Below are positions 8,773 through 12,776 of a DNA stretch of 12,776 nt, in pieces; the stretch's first letter is position 1, and each line of letters starts with the position of its first letter. The stretch is taken from positions 1 through 12,776 of the forward strand of contig JBHGNT010001034.1 in assembly GCA_043228905.1 (NCBI GenBank), read 5' to 3'. The stretch is from Azolla caroliniana. Lineage: Eukaryota; Plantae; Polypodiophyta. The position numbers and the translations under genes are program-made. The notes beneath the pieces were generated by a model. That model saw nothing but the letters and a program-made list of their open reading frames with translations, ran no database searches and was not told where the DNA came from.

Positions 8773-9561
8773 GACAACTTAGAATATCGTCTCACCAACT
8801 TGAGATTGAAAATGGCCGTACTAGTGGAGTCCCTAGGGAGGAAAGGATATGTAGGTTATGTCACATAGAGATAGAGGATGAGTACCACTTTACATGCAAG
8901 TGTCCAACCTATGCCGAGATAAGGGCAAAATACCAAGACATACTTGGTCCGTCTCCCACCCTCCCCAAACTATTAGATACTCTAGATATAAAGAAATTAG
9001 GCAAATACATTCTAGAGCTAAAACAACACAGAGAGAATAAATTGCAAAATGTTGACAATAATGTTGCTAATGATCACGAACATGTAACAAATGCAGTTTT
9101 TCAGGAACCTGAGGAGACAACGAATGCCGACACACTTGCACCACCCGGCCTTTCCATTGATGAGGCAGAAAACCAGAGAAGAACCAGACGTCCTCGGGTG
9201 CCGGGTTTCAAAACAACTCAACGTGATGTGGAAGCAATATTAAAAATAAGGGAACGTGAGCTACACCACCTAGAAGCCATGGCTAGGGCACTCTCTACAT
9301 TGGAACCCACATCAAGACCCTTTGACCCCCCACTTCTTTTCGAGAGGCTTGGGTGGAAATAAAATTAGGCTTAGTGTATAGTCACTTTCGAGTATACTAC
9401 ATATTGTACACTACTAGAACTCTTTTAGTTTAAGTTCTATTTTTTTTACTCAATTTTATTTTTAGTTATGATGACTGGATAAATACTCTATTGTTGTAAA
9501 CCAATTGTCTCATGGGCCAAATTTGGCCTTAGAAGACGTTAATACATCTTTCTTTCTTTCT
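8773..9561 (+). mobile_element. 5'-truncated non-LTR retrotransposon (LINE, RTE/RTEX-like): ORF C-terminus, 3' UTR and (TCTT)n tail
   Basis: The frame is open from 8775 to TAA at 9360-9362 and reads QLRISSHQLEIENGRTSGVPREERICRLCHIEIEDEYHFTCKCPTYAEIR, the LINE C-terminal CCHC zinc-finger region. The tail TCTTTCTTT... follows AATACA (9541). Candidate TSD is TTCTTTCCAT (8763-8772) / TTCTTTCTAT (9562-9571), 9/10 identical. Confidence 0.85.
8775..9362 (+). CDS. Truncated LINE ORF C-terminus: CCHC zinc finger plus extension (includes track ORF 9042..9362); no ATG start
   Basis: My translation: 9042-8775 = 267 nt, so the two are in frame with no stop between them. Motif C-x2-C-x8-H-x4-C (CRLC HIEIEDEY H FTCK C). 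Confidence 0.8.
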   Translation, partial: QLRISSHQLEIENGRTSGVPREERICRLCHIEIEDEYHFTCKCPTYAEIRAKYQDILGPSPTLPKLLDTLDIKKLGKYILELKQHRENKLQNVDNNVANDHEHVTNAVFQEPEETTNADTLAPPGLSIDEAENQRRTRRPRVPGFKTTQRDVEAILKIRERELHHLEAMARALSTLEPTSRPFDPPLLFERLGWK

Positions 9562-9962
9562 TTCTTTCTATAGTTGACTTTGTTGTCATTAACTGTTAAT
9601 CAACAGTTGGGTTCACACAAAATAACATTTCACAATCCTAACACAATCATAAGTATCTCAAAGGAGCCTCCATAGAAATTCAAGTGCCTTTGGATCATTT
9701 TGAATTTGTTCATATTTTCTCATTTTATGTTAATTACAAATATAGCCTTCCATCACTTAACAGTACCTTTGAAGTTTGAAGCAACAAAAGAACAAGAGTC
9801 TCTGTCTCTCTCTTCCTGTCTTATTCTGTTTCTCTTACGACTGTAAAAGATGTCCATTTTGGTTCAAAATAAAGGTAACCGAAAGACTCTTCGTTTCTTT
9901 CCTTTTCTTTCTTACCCCTCTTTTCTTTTTTAATCCCTGTCATAAATATACAAACATATATA

Positions 9963-10931
9963 TATATTGCCATAGTTCAGAACCTTTCATTCAGCGTAGA
10001 TTTAGTGAGGGACTTGATGGTGATAGGCAACCAAATTCCCATGTCATTTCTAGAGAAGATTGCTGGCAATCGAGACTTCTCATTTGCTGATCTGTAGATG
10101 GCGGTAAGGGCTTTTATTGTCCAACGTAATCCATTCTTCTATAGGCGAAGATGTAAGGATAGATTTTTAGGATTTCTTGAATCGAATCACATAAACTTGG
10201 TCGATACTTGCGAGCATCTACTTGATTCACTCTACTTCTCGTGCACTGTCGAAGAGGTATCTACGAGGCGATCTAATTCTGAAGAATCCACAAGCAAATC
10301 TGATTATTCATGTTTCTATTTTCTAAGGAAATTTTGGTCGTCCAAAAAGACCAAGAAACTAGAAACTCACATAAGGGATTTTCTTCGCCTCCCAACAGCA
10401 TCTCAACTCTGGAAAGCCAGCATTTCGTTCAAGGCTTGTGAAGGTAACATATCGGTGATCAAGTATGACCAGAGGAAACTTCAGCTCCATCTTCCATGCC
10501 TTGTCGTGGATGAGAAGACAGAGGATATGTTCAGGAACCTCATTGCGCACGAAATAACGTCCAAAAGTGGATATGAGTTTTCGACGTATTCAAATATCAT
10601 GGACATGCTCATCGACTCAGAAGAAGATCTCGCAATCTTGAAATAGGCCAATGTGATAGAGAACCACATGGGGAACGATCAGAAGGTCGTAGACATGTGG
10701 AACACCATGAGCATCAATGTGCACTATACCGACAAATCTAAAAGATTGATGATTGATGATATAGTGGTTGACCATTCCTCCCGTTGGCATTGGCATCGCT
10801 GGCATGTAGAGTTCTATGAAGAGTTCTTTTCTCGGCCATGGTATACAGCATCATTCATGGCGGTGTTTCTACTACTCATAGCTTCAATATTGCAGACAGT
10901 CTTCGCTGTCTTAGCTTATCTCAAAACCTAA
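9963..10931 (+). pseudogene. DUF247 copy 4: 5'-truncated, two in-frame TAG stops (10095-10097 and 10644-10646), no frameshifts
   Basis: One frame reads YIAIVQNLSFSVDLVRDLMVIGNQIPMSFLEKIAGNRDFSFADL*MAVRAFIVQRNPFF...CEHLLD...RLPTASQL...EDLAILK*ANVIENHMGNDQ...FSRPWY plus TM tail. Track ORFs 10098..10646 and 10653..10931 share this frame. Confidence 0.9.
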
Positions 10932-10962
10932 AACTAACCTAACCTTAAACCCTAGGGCAAAA

Positions 10963-11132
10963 GTTATTGAAGTGTGGGCTATAAATATAGGCAGCCTTAG
11001 TCATTTGATAAGAGACCACCAAGAGTTGTAGGCTTGTGAGATTTGAGAGAATTAGAGAGTTGGGAACACCATTTTAGAGAGAAAATTCTTTAGAGAGAAT
11101 TGTGAGGTTATTCTTTAGAGAGAATTCTTTAG
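10963..11132 (+). mobile_element. LTR-like (U3/R) fragment joining the 3' flank of copy 4 to the truncated start of copy 5
   Basis: CTATAAATA, then TCATTT and GA-rich tracts, with ATTCTTTAGAGAGAATT repeated at 11085-11101 and 11110-11126. This resembles plant LTR promoter layout and shows no DUF247 homology. No termini or TSD seen. Confidence 0.5.
10979..10987 (+). promoter_or_regulatory. Consensus TATA box (CTATAAATA)
   Basis: Exact plant TATA consensus about 180 nt upstream of the first in-frame ATG (11159) of copy 5. Confidence 0.5.
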
Positions 11133-11158
11133 AACATGCAATATGTGTGAAGAAATTT

Positions 11159-12295
11159 ATGGATAGACATGGGATATCAGCTGTGGAAGGTCTCATGCAA
11201 TACCTCATTGCTGATCAACCGCATGAACTTAGCCACATCTATAATCTTGACATCCCCCAATCTGAATTTGAGTGGTTCCGACTTCTAGTCACTGTCGATA
11301 CCGTCTTCATTCATGAAATCATGAATTCATTGTTCTCCACTACGGAAAAAAGTGGTGACTACTTTGCCACTGTCTACGCCAATGATCATACACTCCGCAT
11401 GCAACTATGGAGGGACTTGCTGTTGATAGGCAACCAAATTCCCATGTCCTTTCTAAAGAAGATTGCTGAGTTTCCCAACAATCCAGACATCTCAGTGGCT
11501 GATCTGGAGCTCCAGGTGAGCGAATTCATCTACAGCCATAATCCATTCTTCTCTAGCAAAGTGGCGACTAGGAGATTCCATTCTTCGGAAGACATTAAAT
11601 TGGTCGATACTTGCGAGCATCTACTCGATTGCCTCTACTTCGAATGCACTGCGGACGAGACCATCTACTCGATCCTGTCTCCTTCTCGTGAGAGAATGTC
11701 TGTTTATTCATGTTTCTCTTTTCTTAGAAAATTGCTGTGCTGCAAAAAGAGCGAGGAAGTCTACAAGAAGGAATTAGCTCGGCTCCCGACAGCGTCCCAA
11801 CTGTTTAAAGCCGGCATTTTGTTCAAGGCTTGCGAAGGTAACATATCGGTGATCAGGTATGGCAAGGCGAAACGTGTGCTCCATCTCCCACGCATTCTAG
11901 TGTTCGACAGGACAGGGGATGTGTTGAGGAGCCTCATTGCACACGAATTAATTTCCAAAAGAGGAGAAGAGTTTGCTATGTATGCTAAAATCATGAACTC
12001 GCTCATCCACACCCGAGAAGATCTTGCGATCTTGAAAGATGCGGAAATCATCGAGAACCACATGGGGAACGACAAGAGGTTTGTCGACATGTGGAACAAC
12101 ATGTGCGTCAATGTTTACTATAATGACAAAGCCCAAATGATGAACGATGATATAGTGGCTGACCATTCCTCCAGTTGGAGCCACTTGGCTGCTGAGTTTT
12201 ATGAGAAGTTCTTCATCGCCGCATCTCCATTGCTCCTACTTACAATAGTGCAGACATTCTTTACGGTTTTCGCTTATTTCAAACCCAGAATTTAA
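11159..12295 (+). CDS. DUF247 copy 5: open frame (378 aa from ATG 11159) lacking ~115 N-terminal residues and the SRPW motif; truncated gene or young pseudogene
   Basis: Homology to copy 1 starts ~11135 (HAICVKKFMDRHGI vs KALCMKKFMQRHDI). Motifs LLVTVDTVFIHE, LIGNQIPMSFL, CEHLLD, RLPTASQL and EDLAILK plus TM tail are present. The track start at 11102 is a GTG inside the LTR-like segment. Confidence 0.75.
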   Translation: MDRHGISAVEGLMQYLIADQPHELSHIYNLDIPQSEFEWFRLLVTVDTVFIHEIMNSLFSTTEKSGDYFATVYANDHTLRMQLWRDLLLIGNQIPMSFLKKIAEFPNNPDISVADLELQVSEFIYSHNPFFSSKVATRRFHSSEDIKLVDTCEHLLDCLYFECTADETIYSILSPSRERMSVYSCFSFLRKLLCCKKSEEVYKKELARLPTASQLFKAGILFKACEGNISVIRYGKAKRVLHLPRILVFDRTGDVLRSLIAHELISKRGEEFAMYAKIMNSLIHTREDLAILKDAEIIENHMGNDKRFVDMWNNMCVNVYYNDKAQMMNDDIVADHSSSWSHLAAEFYEKFFIAASPLLLLTIVQTFFTVFAYFKPRI

Positions 12296-12576
12296 CCCAA
12301 CCTTTGAACCCCTAGCCCAAAAAATATGTAAAAGAAGCTCTCAACACAACAATCAAGTATGTATCTATTTATTCCGCTTTGGTTAATATTTCCTTTGGTA
12401 TTTCCGTTTGATTTGAATTCTTAATTTGATTATTACCCGTTCTTTATTATGTATTTATAGTCCACATTGGCTTATGAAATACTGTGGAAAGACTATGTAC
12501 TTACATACTTATGGTGAATCATTTTCATGATTCATGTATTATTTAATGGAAATAGATGTTGTTGGAGTAATTGTCG

Positions 12577-12610
12577 CAATGAAGTACTGAAGCACAATGA
12601 AGTACTGAAG
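12577..12610 (+). repeat. 18-bp-period tandem duplication in the copy 5 3' flank
   Basis: CAATGAAGTACTGAAG at 12577-12592 and 12595-12610. Confidence 0.85.
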
Positions 12611-12776
12611 TGTACTTGATTTTTTAATGAGACATTATATAAAACGTACTTCATTTTATTGGGGAGAAGACAAGATGATTGTTTATTCAACCAATGTTGT
12701 AATCAGATACTCCATAATACAATAATAATCAAATTATTTATCGTAAGTACAATGTCAGATTGCAAATATCATATTT

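Noticed and set aside
10095-10646. Stop-codon recoding or U-to-C editing of the two TAGs
   Set aside because: Paralogs have GAG and AAG rather than CAG at these sites, U-to-C editing is organellar, and copy 1 uses TAG as its true stop.
10921-10962. Interstitial telomeric array
   Set aside because: Only one exact AAACCCT unit. It is better explained as the shared post-stop motif of the paralogs.
6344-12295. Truncated copies as LINE-made processed retrocopies
   Set aside because: No poly(A) tails or TSDs seen, 3'-flank homology extends at least 480 bp, and the copies are clustered. DNA-level duplication is simpler.

Overview
AT-rich land-plant nuclear DNA; the taxon cannot be fixed from the sequence alone. 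The window holds a tandem cluster of five intronless DUF247 (PF03140, UPF0481-like) paralogs in different states of decay. Copy 1 (461-2005) is apparently intact. Copy 2 (6344-6925) is an open C-terminal fragment. Copy 3 (7672-~7990, minus) is an inverted, internally deleted pseudogene. Copy 4 (~9963-10931) is a pseudogene with two in-frame TAG stops. Copy 5 (~11133-12295) is N-terminally truncated and fused to an LTR-like TATA-bearing segment. Between them lie two related LTR-like elements, a 5'-truncated RTE/RTEX-like LINE that the ORF track shows only in part (CCHC zinc finger, (TCTT)n tail, probable TSD), a foldback repeat, and several tandem duplications. One duplication carries a captured piece of DUF247 coding sequence. 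DUF247 genes are known grass self-incompatibility determinants and include asparagus SOFF, so this fast-turnover cluster is a candidate recognition or reproductive locus. That function is inference only.
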